Part shown: positions 50,118-64,000 of the stretch, in pieces
Position numbering within the stretch: position 1 is the stretch's first letter
How the letters are laid out: every line of letters starts with the position of its first letter
NCBI GenBank assembly: GCA_964016885.1
Contig: OZ024746.1
Span: forward strand, 78,430,001 to 78,494,000
DNA: 64,000 bases
Direction of reading: 5' to 3'
Source of the DNA: Eledone cirrhosa
Lineage: Eukaryota
Notes under the pieces: model-generated
Told to the model about the DNA's origin: nothing
The model's database searches: none
Seen by the model: the letters and a program-made list of their open reading frames with translations, nothing else
Program-made: the position numbers and the translations under genes

Positions 50118-52039
50118 ATAAAATAAAATAAAATAAAAATTGGTAAAGCGTCAACATACATGCAAGCAGGCAGATGCACCACTTGTGCATGCAAGAACAT
50201 GCCTACATTATATACGTTGTTATGCCAGCTTTCCTAACATTGGTTGAATACTTCTGCAAATTCATAACATTTACTCAAATTGTTTGTTTGCTGTGAATAT
50301 TATTGTTGTTGTTGTTGTTGTATGTATAGCCACAAGTCAGCCATGATTGAAGACACTTATGATCAAAGACATTCCTGCCATGACCATCCTGTCTTTTGTT
50401 GCTTTTTTTTTTTTTCAGGAATTATATATCCTGGATTGCATTATTCAATCTGCTTCATTTTTTTTAAGAGACATTATGTTACATATTGAGGGAAATTTGG
50501 CTGTTGTTTTTAGCAGATTGAGTTGCCATGATCATTAGAGGTTCTCTCCTTGGTTCAATGGTCAAGTAAAACATTCATCATAAAAAAGAGGGTGAGAAAT
50601 TGTAGTGTTTGTTCCAGCTCTCTGCAATCTGAGTTCAAATCCCTCTGTGGTTAACTTTGCCTTTCATTCTTCTGGGTCAACAGATAAAGTACAAGTCCAG
50701 TGCAATAGATTGGTAGAATTATTAGTGTTGGACATAATGATGATTTGTAGTATTTATTCTAGATATTTACGTTTTGAGTTCAAATACTGTTGAGGCCTAC
50801 CTGAATGGTAAATGTAACCTATCACATGGCTCTTAGGTGCCTTTAGCAGAGTCCACTCTGTTTTCAGAGCCAGGTTAAGTCCTTTTGAGGTTCTAAACAG
50901 TTAAAATAGTATGGTGCACTCCATATATAAAGTTTGCAAAAAATATATTCTAAAATGGTGTCGCTCTTCTCTTAATGCCCTAAACATATGTTTATTTTGC
51001 TTAATTGTTAATCCTGCCCTGTTTGTTTCCAATATTCAGGCCAGATCTCCAGTTTGAAGATACCTTTCTCTCTTTTTGTCTCTCTCACCAGTATTAGAGC
51101 TCTTGACAAAGGGACATGGGCATTCTGTTTTTCTCCTGACAAAGTGATAAAAAGGTCCCTGCCTACATTATTCAATGTGTCTTTTTTTTTTTTTCAAGAT
51201 ATTGGTGTGTGGTTTGAGAGAGATTTGGCTCGTATTTCTAGCAAGGTGATCGACTATGTAGTGGCTCCCCTCATTGGTTCATTAGCAAAGTAAAATATTT
51301 CAGTTTACATGGAATATTTTACCTTATACCATGGCTTTTGATTTCTGCTATACTAATGTGTGATGTTGCATACAAAATCCCTTTGTTTTTCTTAACAATC
51401 TTTGACCCACAAGACATAAAAACATCTCCAAACTGGCCCACCTCCAACTAATTTTACTGACTTGGAGTCTATTAAAAGTTATAATCCCTATAAAACATAC
51501 AACAGAATAAATATGTTCTATTAGTACAAGTGTTAGCCAACACTGCATGTGTAATTAGATACACCAGACAAATATAAATAAATGACTGTTTAATCCCTCT
51601 ATAGTTTATGACAGTCATGGTCTCCAACTCTCTTCCCTTCCTTAGTCAATATATTTTGAAAAAATCTGTTTAATGAGGTTTGAATAAATGGTTGATATTA
51701 GTGGTGTTTGCCATGGTGAGAAAAGAATTTCAAGATTTCAAGCAGAAAATTCTTCTTCAAGCTTTTCTTCATTATCATCATAATGTTCTCACTTGGGGAT
51801 CCAGCCAGATCAGTTGGAGATGGTTGCTTCTGACAGGACCTGCTGGACAGAGTGTTTGAGGAATCTGCCCTCACGACCCTCTCAGAAATAAGTGGGCAAA
51901 TGTGGTCAATGCCACCTAACATGAAGCTAATTCCAGCTATCATAGGAGTTCTGGACTTGATACCACAAAAACTGAGAGAGAGTATCTTAAGCAAAGATAC
52001 CTCAAGTCATAAACTGCTCTCCTACAACAGATCCACAAA

Positions 52040-52692
52040 TAATTGTTTCTACTTTAGGCACAAGGTCAGCAATTACCCAGTGCATTACTGGTACTTTATT
52101 TTATAGACCCCCGTAAGGATGAAAGGCAAAGTCAACCTCGGCGAGATTTGAACTCGGATTGTAAAGGGACGTAACTATGCTGGAAAGCATGGCGTCCGAC
52201 CCTCTACCGATACTGCCAATCCACCGCAGATCCACAAATAATAATAGTAATAATTGTTTCTACTTTAGGCACAAGGCCAGCAATTACCCAGTGCATTACT
52301 GGTACTTTATTTTATCAACTCCGTAAGGATGAAAAGCAAAGTTAACCTCGACGGGATTTGAACTCAGACCGTAAAGGGACGTAACTATGCTAGAAAGCAT
52401 GGCGTCCAACCCTCTACTCGTCATCATATCTTGTCGCGCCAGTGCTGTATCCATTGAAGTGCAGCGTCGTTTGCTTCCATCAGGTCTTGGTCGGAGCATG
52501 TGGGTCCCAGTGAGCACCCACGGAGGATGTGGGCTATGGTCTGGGAGGGTCTCGCCGCAGGGGCACTCAGCGCAGGTGGCCAATCCCCACTTGTGGAGGT
52601 TGTCACCCGTTTTAGCTCTGGCCCTGTTTAGGGTTACCCAGTCCTTTCTGCTAAGAGATATTCCATTGGAGAATACTACCGATACTGCCAAA
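52040..52692 (-). mobile_element. Two tandem SINE family A copies, the second interrupted by a LINE fragment
   Basis: Copies at 52040-52225 and 52252-52692; the latter is split at ctac. Confidence 0.8.
52418..52675 (-). mobile_element. 3'-terminal fragment of an Ingi/Vingi-like non-LTR retrotransposon
   Basis: WVTLNRARAKTGDNLHKWGL..CAECPCG, frameshift, then QTIAHILRGC...DLMEANDAALQWIQHWRDKI* and a short tga tail (CCHC-type C-terminus). ctac duplicated at 52414-52417 and 52676-52679. Clade assignment tentative. Confidence 0.7.
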
Positions 52693-53282
52693 TGATAATG
52701 ATAATAATACACACACAAGTTTTAAATAGTTAAATAAAGAAAGTTTTACGACATAGAAAGATATATCATCATCATTTAATGTCCATTTTCCACTCTAGCA
52801 TCGATTGATTAAATAAATAAGGTGCTTCAGCATGACCCCAGTCTAGTGACTGAAACTAGTGAAACATTTTTAAAAAAAAAGTATATATACATTACTGTAT
52901 GCTTTTGTATCAATTAATATATTTTTTTGATATTGTTATCAACATTCTCTCTCTCTTTCATCATCATCATTTAATGTCCATTTTCTACGCTAGCATGAAT
53001 TGACTAAATGAATAAGGTGTGCTCCAGCATGACCACAGTCTAGTGACTGAAGCTAGTAAAAAAAAGTGCTATATATTTTTTGATATTGTTATCAACATTC
53101 TCTCTCTCTCTTTCATCATCATCATCATCATCATTTAATGTCCATTTTCTACGCTAGCATGAATTGACTAAATGAATAAGGTGCTCCAGCATGAGCACAG
53201 TCTAGTGACTGAAACCAGCAAAAAAAGAAATACATAAATAAATAAATAAATAAATAAATAAAAGATTAAACAATAAATAAAA

Positions 53283-53460
53283 TAATTGTTTCTACTTTAG
53301 GCACAAGGCCAGCAAATACCCAGTACATTACTGGTACTTTATTTTATCGACCCTGTAAGGATGAAAGGCAAAGTTAATCTCGGCGGGATTTGATCGCAGA
53401 CTGTAAAGGGACGTAACTATGCTAGAAAGCATGGCGTCCAACCCTCTACCGATACTGCCG
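53283..53460 (-). mobile_element. SINE family A
   Basis: Reverse complement family match. Confidence 0.8.
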
Positions 53461-54142
53461 ATTCACAATACTAAAATAAACTAGTCCAAGAACCTCCTCT
53501 CTCTCAGGAATTATCAGGCATGGTAATCTGTAGTGGAAGTTAGTTAATGAGATTGCTATGTTTACCAAATATATTTGACATGTATGTCTAACATAATTTG
53601 TTTGCTTATGTTTTTCATGAGTTACTTCTCCTATCTTCTTCTATCTTCTCTGACCCACACTTTCATACCAGAAATGTTTGCTTGATGGAAGGTGTGCAAA
53701 GTATGGTGGCGGTTGGTGGTGTGATGGTGGTAGTGGTGGGGGGGGGGGCAGTGGTGTGGTGATGGTGGTTGGTGGAGTGATGGTGGTAGTGAGGGGGATG
53801 GTTGGTGGTGGGGGGAGGTGTGGTGATGGTGGTAGTGGTGGTGGGGCGGGTAGTGATTGTGGTGTTGGTGGCAGTGGGGTTGGTGCCGGTGATGATGGTG
53901 GTGGTGGTGGGTTGTGTAGTTTGGCAAGTGCTTGTGGTGGAAATGTTTGTGTAGTTTGATGGTGTTGGTGGTGTTTGTGGTGGGGGTGGCAGTGCTGGTG
54001 GTGGGTGGGTTGTGTAGTTTGATGGTGGGGTTGCTGGTGGTTGTGGTGATTATGTAATTCGGTGGTAGTTATACTGCTGGGAAATGTATCGGTTAATATA
54101 TATATATTTATATATACGTGTATGTATGTATGTATGTGTGTG

Positions 54143-54202
<60 letters not shown>

Positions 54203-54785
54203 TATATGTATACATAGATATATATGTGTGTGTGTGAGTAAAAAAGTGTAAAAATGTGTAAGCAAGTTGCACCAAACTGTATCGTGCTTGTCTATCTGTG
54301 CATCTGTCTGTGTCTGTCTGTCTGTCTGTTTATTTAGTTAGTTTCGTATGTTTGCTTGTTTAATAATGGCTCAGATGTAATGGAAGTAAGTTGTGTATAG
54401 CAATGATTAATTGGGAACAAAAGATAGTTAAGATATAGGAGAGAGAGAAGAGAGGAGAGGAGAGGTATAGGAGAAAGTGAGGTGGAGGAGAGAGGAAGAG
54501 AGAGGAGGGATTTAGTAGAGAGAGAAAAGATAGAAGAGATATGTAGGAGACAGAGAGAGAGAGAGAGAGAGGAAGAATAAAGGAGAGTGAGAAAGAGGGG
54601 AAGTTATAGGTTAGGAGAGAGAGGAAGAGGGGAAGTTATAGGTTAGGAGAGAGAGGAAGAATATAGGAGTGAGAGAGAGAGGAGAGATATAGGATAGAGA
54701 AAGAGAGATATCACTCCACACCATACCATCTATACCATTCTACCACGCAATGTCATACCAATCTACATCACACCACTGCACACCA

Positions 54786-55120
54786 CACAATCCAATGCCA
54801 TACCACTCTACACTGCACTAGTCAGAGCCGTACCACTCTGCATCACACCACTCAGAACTATACGACTCAACACCACACTACACTACACCACTACACCACA
54901 CAATCCAATGCCATACCACTCTACACTGCACTAGTTAGAGCCGTACCACTCTGCATCACACCACTCAGAACTATACCACTCAACACCACACTACGCTACA
55001 CCACTACACCACACAATCCAATGCCATACCACTCTACACTGCACTAGTTAGAGCCGTACCACTCTGCATCACACCACTCAGAACTATACCACTCAACACC
55101 ACACTACGCTACACCACTTA
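54786..55120. repeat. 3 x 113-bp tandem repeat followed by a degenerate CAC-rich tract
   Basis: cacaatccaatgccatacc starts at 54786, 54899 and 55012. Confidence 0.88.
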
Positions 55121-56032
55121 AAACCACCCTGTACCACCCACTCTACACCACACCACACTACACCACCCCACACCACTCTACACTACCCCATACCACTCTA
55201 CACTACACCACCCCACACCACTCTACACTACCACACTCTACACTCCACCATCACTCCACCACACCACTCTACACTCCACCACACCTCACCACTCCACCAC
55301 ACCACTCTACACTCCACCACACCTCACCACTACACCACCATACCACTCTACATTCCACCACACCACTCTATACTCCACCACACCACTCCACACACCACCA
55401 TACCACTCAACATTCTACTACAGCACTCCACCACACCACACCACTCTACACTCCACCACACCACCGTACCATTCTACATTCCACCACAGCACTACACCAC
55501 CACTCCACCACTCCTCACCACACCACTCCACCATACCACTCTACATCCCACCACACCACCACACCACTCTACCACACAGCTCAAAGTTCCAAGGTCTAAA
55601 TAATTGACAATTGCTCTTCAATACTATTTTTGTTGTTCTCTCCTTCTCTTTAATCATAATTAACATGAAGAATTTTATTCAAGAAACCATTTATTACATT
55701 AAGGACTCCAAATCAATTGAGTTTCTTGCAATTAACACTTTCACTGCGCAATGTAATTTTAGAATGTTTTACATAATTAGCCTTAAGTACTTTCCAAAGC
55801 CTTATATTGGTTGATAGTGTAGGTGGGAGTGTGTGTCTGTGTGTGTCTGTGGTTTGTGTGGTTTATGTACACACATATATGGCTATGTTTATACACACAT
55901 ATATATGTATATAAACATATGCATATATATATATATATATATATATATAAACATATGCATATATATATATAAACATATGCATATATATATATCTATATAT
56001 AAACATATGCATATATATATATAAACATATGC

Positions 56033-56069
<37 letters not shown>

Positions 56070-56109
56070 ATATGCATATATATATATACATATGTATATA
56101 TATATATGC

Positions 56110-56179
<70 letters not shown>

Positions 56180-56327
56180 CATGTTTATATATATATATAT
56201 ATGCATATGTTTATATATATATATATATTCATATGTTTATATATATATATGCATATGTTTATATACATATATATGTGTGTAAAAACATACCCATATATGT
56301 GTGTACATAAACCACACAAACCACACA

Positions 56328-56372
<45 letters not shown>

Positions 56373-58627
56373 TTATAAACAAATGCACATATATATATAA
56401 ACAAATGTATATATATCATCATCATCATTGTTAAATGTCCATTTTTCCATGCTAGCATGGGTATATATATATATATATATACATATATACATATATATAA
56501 ATATATATATATAAAAGCATATGTTTATATATATATATATATATATTCCTCTAACCCATGCTAGCATGGAAGATGGATGTTAAACAATGATAATGATGAT
56601 GATATTTATTAAAATAACAGATTAAAATTTGAGCAAAGAATCACTGCTTTCACCCTTAACGAGATCTTCTGAAACTAAAAAAAAATCGATTTGTGAACGC
56701 AAAACTAAATATGTTAAAAAACGTTTTAACCAAAGGAAAACAGGAAGACGATACTTTGGTTCGTGAAGACATTCTCTGGCAATGAACGGAAAAAGCAAAG
56801 ATATATGAAAAATATAGAAGTCTTATGACTGTGACCAAGAAAATGTGGCAGTATAAAAGGATATCAACACGTACAGAGAAAATATAAACATGAATGTCTA
56901 TCAACTGAATGTTAGGTGATCTTGCATGAAGGTAATGCTGGAGTAATAATAGTAGGGTTTTTTTTCTTTTTGGTGGAAGGGGACTTTGTTACTAAAATGA
57001 TACAAGGTAGAGAGAGGAGGTGGGCAAGTATGTCTGATTGGTAAGCAAAGCGAAGAAAGAAAGAATGGGTCAGGCATGATGGACAGGAAGTGACATAAGA
57101 AAGATATGGAATTACATTGCCAAATCGTTACAAAGAACCTGACAGAAAAATGGTGGTGGAGGGGGGGGGGGGATATACAATGGGGCAGAGAAAGGTGACA
57201 GAGAGTTTGTATGCTGTGCAGACATGACATGACATTAACACTTAATTTTTTCATCATTATCATCATTATCATCATCATTTAATCTTTAGCACGCTGAATG
57301 TTTTTTTATGAATTGCTTCCCTTGACACTGTATAATGTATTATGGGGAGGTTACTCTATTGTCGCAATTTGTCACCAACAGTACGTTAAAGGTTAACATA
57401 AGTATTTCCATGTCTGCATGGGATGGATAGTGTGCATGTTCTAAGTTATGCTTTGCTTAATGTTTGGCAGGGTTTTTCTGGTTAGATGCCCTTCTTATCA
57501 CTAAACACTTTATAGTATGGACTCTGTGCATTTTGTTGTTTCAGTAGCACTAGAGAGGTTGTCTCACAGGACTCAAGAGTCATTGCTGCCTTGAATCAGG
57601 TTTTATTTAGAATCACTGCTCTCCTAGACAGGTTGCCTTCACTATGGCTTGTGGAATCCATGACTCTGTATGTATGTATGGAGCCGTAGGGGGTTCCATA
57701 ATAACATACAGTGTTACTTGGGCATTTATAACCTGGTGGAGCCCATCTCCTCTCCAGGCTTCATATAAATAAACCTCACAAATAATATTTGTCAGGGAGT
57801 TGTAGAGGATTAGTTTCATAAGAAACAGCTCTGTGTATATGTGTAGCTGAAAGGTATCACTATCTTTATTGTAAGTCTAAGCTCCATGCTGACATGAGTT
57901 TGATGGGTCATCATGGTATGAATCAGTTCTAATTTAGAGTTACTGCCCTCATAGATGGGCTGGAAGACCATGTCTTGCTCTTGTGTTTCATTTATAAACT
58001 ACATGTAAAATAATATGAGGACTCTGCAATCGTGTCAAGAGCATGACAAACTCCCTAGTGTTGGTGAGCTACACAAGAAATGTACCCAGTACACACTGTA
58101 AAGGGATCGGTGATTGGAAGAGCATCTAGCCATAGAAATCTTGCCAAACAAAGGGTTGGGAGGACTGAGAGTTGTGTCAAAGTCATGACAACCTCTCCTT
58201 AGCACTTGATGGAACATGAGACAGTACATAAACGCACAAGTACCTGACCTGCCTGGGAGATCAGTGGCTCCGCTTCACTACTGTCTTTGTCTGTATAGAT
58301 CCACCCAACCTTCGCTAGCAGGGATAGCGAACATTGAAACGACAATGATGATGATGATAATTATATATATGATAAATAATGTACATAATAATTGTGATCT
58401 CTCACTGTCATAAGCAACCATTAAATTTGAAGGAGATGAACAAATGGCTACTCCATTACATTACGAGTGCATTAATTAAATTGTTCATTTTATTACTAAC
58501 GAGTGCTTACTTGCCAATAATAATAATAATAATAATAAAACAACAGCAGCAACAGCAATGTATTGAATGAATTTACTGTACATCTATTTACAACTACTTC
58601 TACCAATAATAATAATAGTAATAATAA

Positions 58628-58805
58628 TAATTGTTTCTACTTTTGGCACAAGGCCAGCAATTATCCCAGTGTATTACTGGTACTTTATTTAATCGACCCC
58701 GTAAGGATGAAAGGCAAAGTTAACCTCGGCGGGATTTGAACTCAGAATGGCAAGGGCCGTAACTCTATGCTTGGCGTCCGACCCTCTACCGATACTGCCA
58801 ATCCG
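58628..58805 (-). mobile_element. SINE family A
   Basis: Reverse complement family match within (TAA)n. Confidence 0.8.
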
Positions 58806-59081
58806 CTAGTAATAATAATAATATAATGGTTTCATTTATTGGCCACAAGGGCCGGCATATAGGGGACAATACAATAAACGGGGACAGTGGGGGTTTTACA
58901 CAAAAATCAAGTAAAAAAAATAGGAAAACAATAACAATAACAATAAACAAGAAAAATACAACAACGGAAATTCACCAATAGGGTGGGGGTAACCACCCAG
59001 GGTTGATTCAGGTACCCCACCAATCCTGAACCACCCGACATAAAAGCAACAATGTAATGTATGACGCTACAGTATATCAGT

Positions 59082-59123
<42 letters not shown>

Positions 59124-59147
59124 TTACTACTACTACTACTACTGCTG

Positions 59148-59219
<72 letters not shown>

Positions 59220-59291
59220 TTACTACTACTACTACTACTACTGCTGCTGCTACTACTACTACTACTACTACTACTATTACTACTACTACTG

Positions 59292-59342
<51 letters not shown>
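59082..59342. repeat. (TAC)n microsatellite
   Basis: Near-pure tactactac run. Confidence 0.95.
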
Positions 59343-59348
<6 letters not shown>

Positions 59349-61287
59349 ACAATAAATAAATAACAACAATGTACTGAATGAAGTTAGAGTATATCAATCT
59401 ACTACACTACCACCAATAACAATAATAATAACAACAACAACAACAACAACCACAACAGCAACAGCAGTGCACTATATGTAGTTACAGTGCATCCATGTTA
59501 CTATCAAAGAAATCTCACTTGTTAAAGTAGAGGCAAGACAGTTTAGTGTCTGATAAAAGTAATCTACATAATTTGAAGATTATTTCTTTCATTTGCTGTT
59601 GCTGTTGTTAATACTGTTGTTGTTGGTGTTTTTGTATTGTTTTATGTCCGCCCACCTCCACTACACCAGCCATACCACCCCCAATTGTGTCTCTAAAACA
59701 AACGATTCATTGTTTTGAAATGAGAAAGAAATTAAGTAATAATGTTAAAGAGTTTTGCACTAAGTGCTAAGTAAGTGTGTCTGAGCAGCAGATTAAAGCT
59801 TTATACACATGTGTATATGTGTGTGTGTGTGTATGTATGTGTGTGTGTGTGTGTATGTGTGTATATATGAATATATATATATATATATGTGTGTGTGTAT
59901 ATGTGTGTGTGTGTGTATGTGTGTGTATGAATATATATATATGTGTGTGTGTATGTATATATATATATATATGTGTATGTATATATACATGTGTATGTGT
60001 ATGTGTATATATATATATACATGTATGTAATTGACAATATGCACAGAAATTGAACAAAGTCTGTGTTACACTCTCTTCTTTAATCAGTAAAGTAATCCAT
60101 GATACATTTAAAAAAGACGATATTATATATAAACTGCATATATAATAAACTAAAATGTGATGAAAACGAAAAAGGTGTAAATTAGTGATGGAAATATAAA
60201 CCTTATATAACGATGCAAATATATGAACATTTATATAAGTGATGTAATATGTGTTTTAATATAACGGACACTAACTGGAAGTGTTGACATTTGAAAATTT
60301 TAAAGAAGTGAATCTTAAAGTAAGCAACACTTTATATATAAGAATATTTATGTTTAATCAAGAGCTACGAAATTTAGTAGATAAATTACATAATATTCAT
60401 TCATTCATTATTTATTCAAAGTAATCCAACTTATTTTGTTAACAGTATAAAAAAATATAAAACGGACGCCATCCCACACCCCTCCCTTTATTATATTATA
60501 GATATAAAATGATAATATCTATCTATCTATACATACATATATATATATATAGTTCAAGAAATGACAAGACAAACACAGCCTTATAGTCCTATAGTCTTAT
60601 TAGTGCAAAAACAGTCTTATAGTCTTATTAGTTGCAAAGTCTTAAATGTATGTATAGATAGATTATATATATATATGAGTGTGTGTGTAAAAAGTAAACA
60701 GAAATAACAAAGCAAACGACACAGTACATTGAAGAAATATATTAGTTTTACGCTTGAAATAACAGGAAAAGAATCTTAAGGTTTGGGACAATATCAATTT
60801 TCATTCTACTAAATTAACATCCTAATGATATGGGGAAAAATATCTAAAGAAATGTGAACAGATAATAGAGAAAATGTGCAGTTAACTAAAGTAAATACTT
60901 TCATTTTTAATGTGATGCAGTCATACTGCTGTTTTGTACATCTCAAGAATGTCCTACCAGTGTAGGTTTAGGTGGTACAGGACGTCAAGATTATTTACTT
61001 GTTTATTTGTTACCTTTTTAACCTCTTCTGTGCGGTTGTATCTCCTTCATATCATTTCTGAACTGCTTATTTTTGCTGGGCAGGAGCAAAATTTAGTACT
61101 GAAAGTAAAGGAGGTAAATGTCCTCATAAAATTTAAGCTTTTCTTCTCTAATATCTTATCTAACCATTTAAACGTTTTTTTTGTCTTTTTCCCTGCTGTT
61201 ATCTGTCTTTTTACTTTTTTTCAGCTGACATATTCACTAAATAAGGAATTTGTAAAGAGCTGGAGCGAAAGAGAGAGAGAGAGAGAG

Positions 61288-61361
<74 letters not shown>

Positions 61362-62554
61362 TGTGTGTATGTGTGTGGAAGAGAGAGAGAGAAAAGTATT
61401 TCTGAGAAAAAAGAATAAAAAAGATGTAGAGTTTGTGTGTTTGTTAAGGAGAAAAGGAGAGGAAGAATTAACAAGTGAAAAAAAGAATTTGCATGTGAGA
61501 ATGAGAAAGAATTCTGAAAGAAGCTTTTAAGGCCAAAATCATAAGCTTCATCTTCAATTGTCATTTCTTGAAATTGATGTTAATGTGTGCAGAATTAACC
61601 GTTCCTTCATCTTTTGTTCTGACTAAATAGTTGATGTAAAAGTTCTTAAGCAATCTAAAAATATACCTTCATTTGTGTTGGTGTCCAGTTGGGACAGATT
61701 CAGCTGGATATCAACCAATGAATCTACTGCATCACAGAAAGAAGCTGATTGCACCTGGTGATCATAGATGTCCCCATCCCTGGAAGAACTGTCAGTTATC
61801 ATTCACTGTCTTCAAGACCACCTCCGTGGCCCCAAACACTCACTCTCAGTCTCTCTCTTTCTCTCTCTCTCTCCTTCCGCCTTGATAAACTCCATGCAGA
61901 AGCCATTACTACCTGTTGAACGGCGCCACTTTCACCATGCTCTCATCTGACCCTATCCCATTCTCATCAATGCCTTTCTCTGCCCGGCTGAGGACACAAT
62001 GATTGCTTTGACCCATTGTCTGCCGCATATATTTTACACAGCTACAGTTGCTGTGCTGGGTTTTTTTTCCCCCAGTAAAATGACTATTTTGATTGACAAA
62101 CGCCACGTCAATAAACTAGTAACCCCATCTAGCTTTGAAGTTAAGAACTTTTGAGAATGAGTTGATGGTAAAGATATGAACTGTTAGGAGTTCAAACATG
62201 TTAGGAAGAGTTAACTTGTGTATGGCACTGAAGAGTCTAGTGCCTTGATAAAACACATTCAGTACATTTTGTGAAATGGTAGTGCTTACGCCATAATAAA
62301 CATACAATCTCACAACAGCCAGTTTTGTCATGGGCTAATTGCATATTCACTTACAGATTTACACATGACTACTCAAATTATACAAGGATTATCTCCCTAC
62401 AAAACCTCTCTAATATCTAAGATACCCTCTGAGCAGCATTTCCCCCAAAATGACTGACTGAACACACATGTGCTTTTTCACCTCACCGCATTAAAAAATG
62501 TTTTTTCTTACTATTCTCACTCTCCTCTATCTTTATATTCTTTTATTTCTCCTA

Positions 62555-62590
62555 TCTTCTGATGGAGGATTACCATCTGAAACGTTAAGA
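62555..62590 (+). ncRNA. Degenerate minimal hammerhead-like motif, second family
   Basis: tctt-CTGATGGA-ggat.tacc.atct-GAAA-cgtt-aaga; a related copy lies on the minus strand at 1681-1716. Confidence 0.4.
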
Positions 62591-62607
62591 CTCTTTTTCA
62601 ACTATAT

Positions 62608-62835
62608 TTAACCCTTTAGCATTTACATTACTCGATATATACTATTGTATTTTCGTAGTGAAGGCTTTAACTCACATAATTATCACACAAAATATCGAAT
62701 CTATGAGATTTTGATGTTATTTATTTTGAGAACAATAACTTCACATCAGTATGAGTAGCTAATTACAGCCAATTTGAACAGAGAAAGGTAGAGAATTCTG
62801 GCCGGATATGGCCGGTTTAAATGCTAAACGGTTAA
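62608..62835 (+). mobile_element. piggyBac-like MITE copy 4
   Basis: ttaaccctttagcattta ... taaatgctaaacggttaa. Confidence 0.8.
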
Positions 62836-63409
62836 GTGTTAAACTAATATATATCTTCATTGTACTGTATTGTTGGCTTTGTTCTTTTCCATTTACTTTT
62901 GACATATATACATGTGTATGTACATGTGTGTCAGTGTTTAATATCGTTGCTTATGTCATGTTGATTAGCTTTTGACAAAAATCAGATTGATAAAATAAGT
63001 ACCAAACTTGATAAGGACCCCCAAAATTGTACAGGGGTCCATATGATCAAATTAAAACTCTTCAAGGAAATGCCCCAGTCTAGAGACTGAAACCAGGATA
63101 AAGAATAAAAGAGCTATGAAGCATGGTGGTTTAAACTGTTGACCTTTATTGAATTATACATATGTTCCTAGTTTGCAGCTGTAGCATAAATACAAATATT
63201 GATCGTGGTGGGCTTTTGGGGGCTGTTTGTGTCTTTATATTTATAGGGGGTGGAGCAGGTCACCTCTTTCCCATTATACCAATGTATGGGATTGTTTCAT
63301 CTCAGCCCCTACCATGTCTCACCATCAAACATTTGGTATATCCTTGATGAAATAGAGCTAAGGCTTCTATATCTCTCTATCTATCTCTTTCTCTCTCTTT
63401 CTCTCTCTT

Positions 63410-63496
<87 letters not shown>

Positions 63497-63568
63497 TCAT
63501 CATTTTTATGGCTGCTTTTCCATGCTTGCAATGAAATTGTATGTGCATTGTATCACTCCTCCTCCCCC

Positions 63569-63625
<57 letters not shown>

Positions 63626-63700
63626 AACTGTTAAATGATGATAATGGTGATCTATGCCCACATATGTCTGTGTGTGTGTGTGTGTGAGAGAGAGAGAGTG

Positions 63701-63741
<41 letters not shown>

Positions 63742-63859
63742 GCTGTAATAAGGTCTAACTTATCTGTAAATGTGGCATTAATAGAGAACAGCAGGCATTG
63801 ATTTACAAGAGATAACAGCAGGGTATGAGTGAAAGTAATCTGAGCTGATCTCATGAAAC

Positions 63860-64000
63860 CTTCTTCTTCTTCTTCTTCTTCTTCTTCTTCTTCTTCTTCT
63901 TCTTTGTCTTCTTCTTCTTCTTCTTCTTCTTTGTCTTCTTCTTTGTCTTCTTCTTCTTTGTCTTCTTCTTTGTCTTCTTCTTCTTCTTCTTCTTCTTCTT
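63860..64000. repeat. (TTC)n microsatellite
   Basis: ttcttcttc run to the window end. Confidence 0.95.

Noticed and set aside
51040-51293. Candidate next SMG5 exon after ttcag
   Set aside because: The phase-0 frame stops after 5 codons, and other frames do not match the PIN domain.
56700-57150. Degraded RTE C-terminal relic
   Set aside because: Only faint similarity (RYFG, EWVR) with many stops; not supportable without a search.
61085-61112. Possible micro-exon EQNLVLKVK between cag and gtaaat
   Set aside because: Weak acceptor and no recognisable homology.

Overview
Repeat-saturated eukaryotic DNA, most likely from a coleoid cephalopod such as Octopus (inferred from repeat content). Only one host coding exon is recognisable: a 60-nt phase-0 exon at 25888-25947 (+) encoding VNAESRRNQLMRDMAQLRLQ, which matches the NMD factor SMG5 just upstream of its PIN domain. 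Most of the window is therefore probably very long intron. It holds a near full-length RTE-clade LINE (11.0-15.1 kb, minus; APE, RT and PHD-like finger; one frameshift) and a second truncated RTE. There are also fragments of R4/Dong-like, Ingi/Vingi-like and L1/Tx1-like elements, many tRNA-derived SINEs, four TTAA-flanked piggyBac-like MITEs, a hAT MITE with an 8-bp TSD, and large minisatellites. The most notable signals are a family of minimal type-I hammerhead-ribozyme motifs with compensatory stem II changes, a possible recursive-splice site at the SMG5 exon, and a clean orientation switch of young SINEs at about 44-48 kb. Nearly all other ORFs in the track are microsatellite artefacts.
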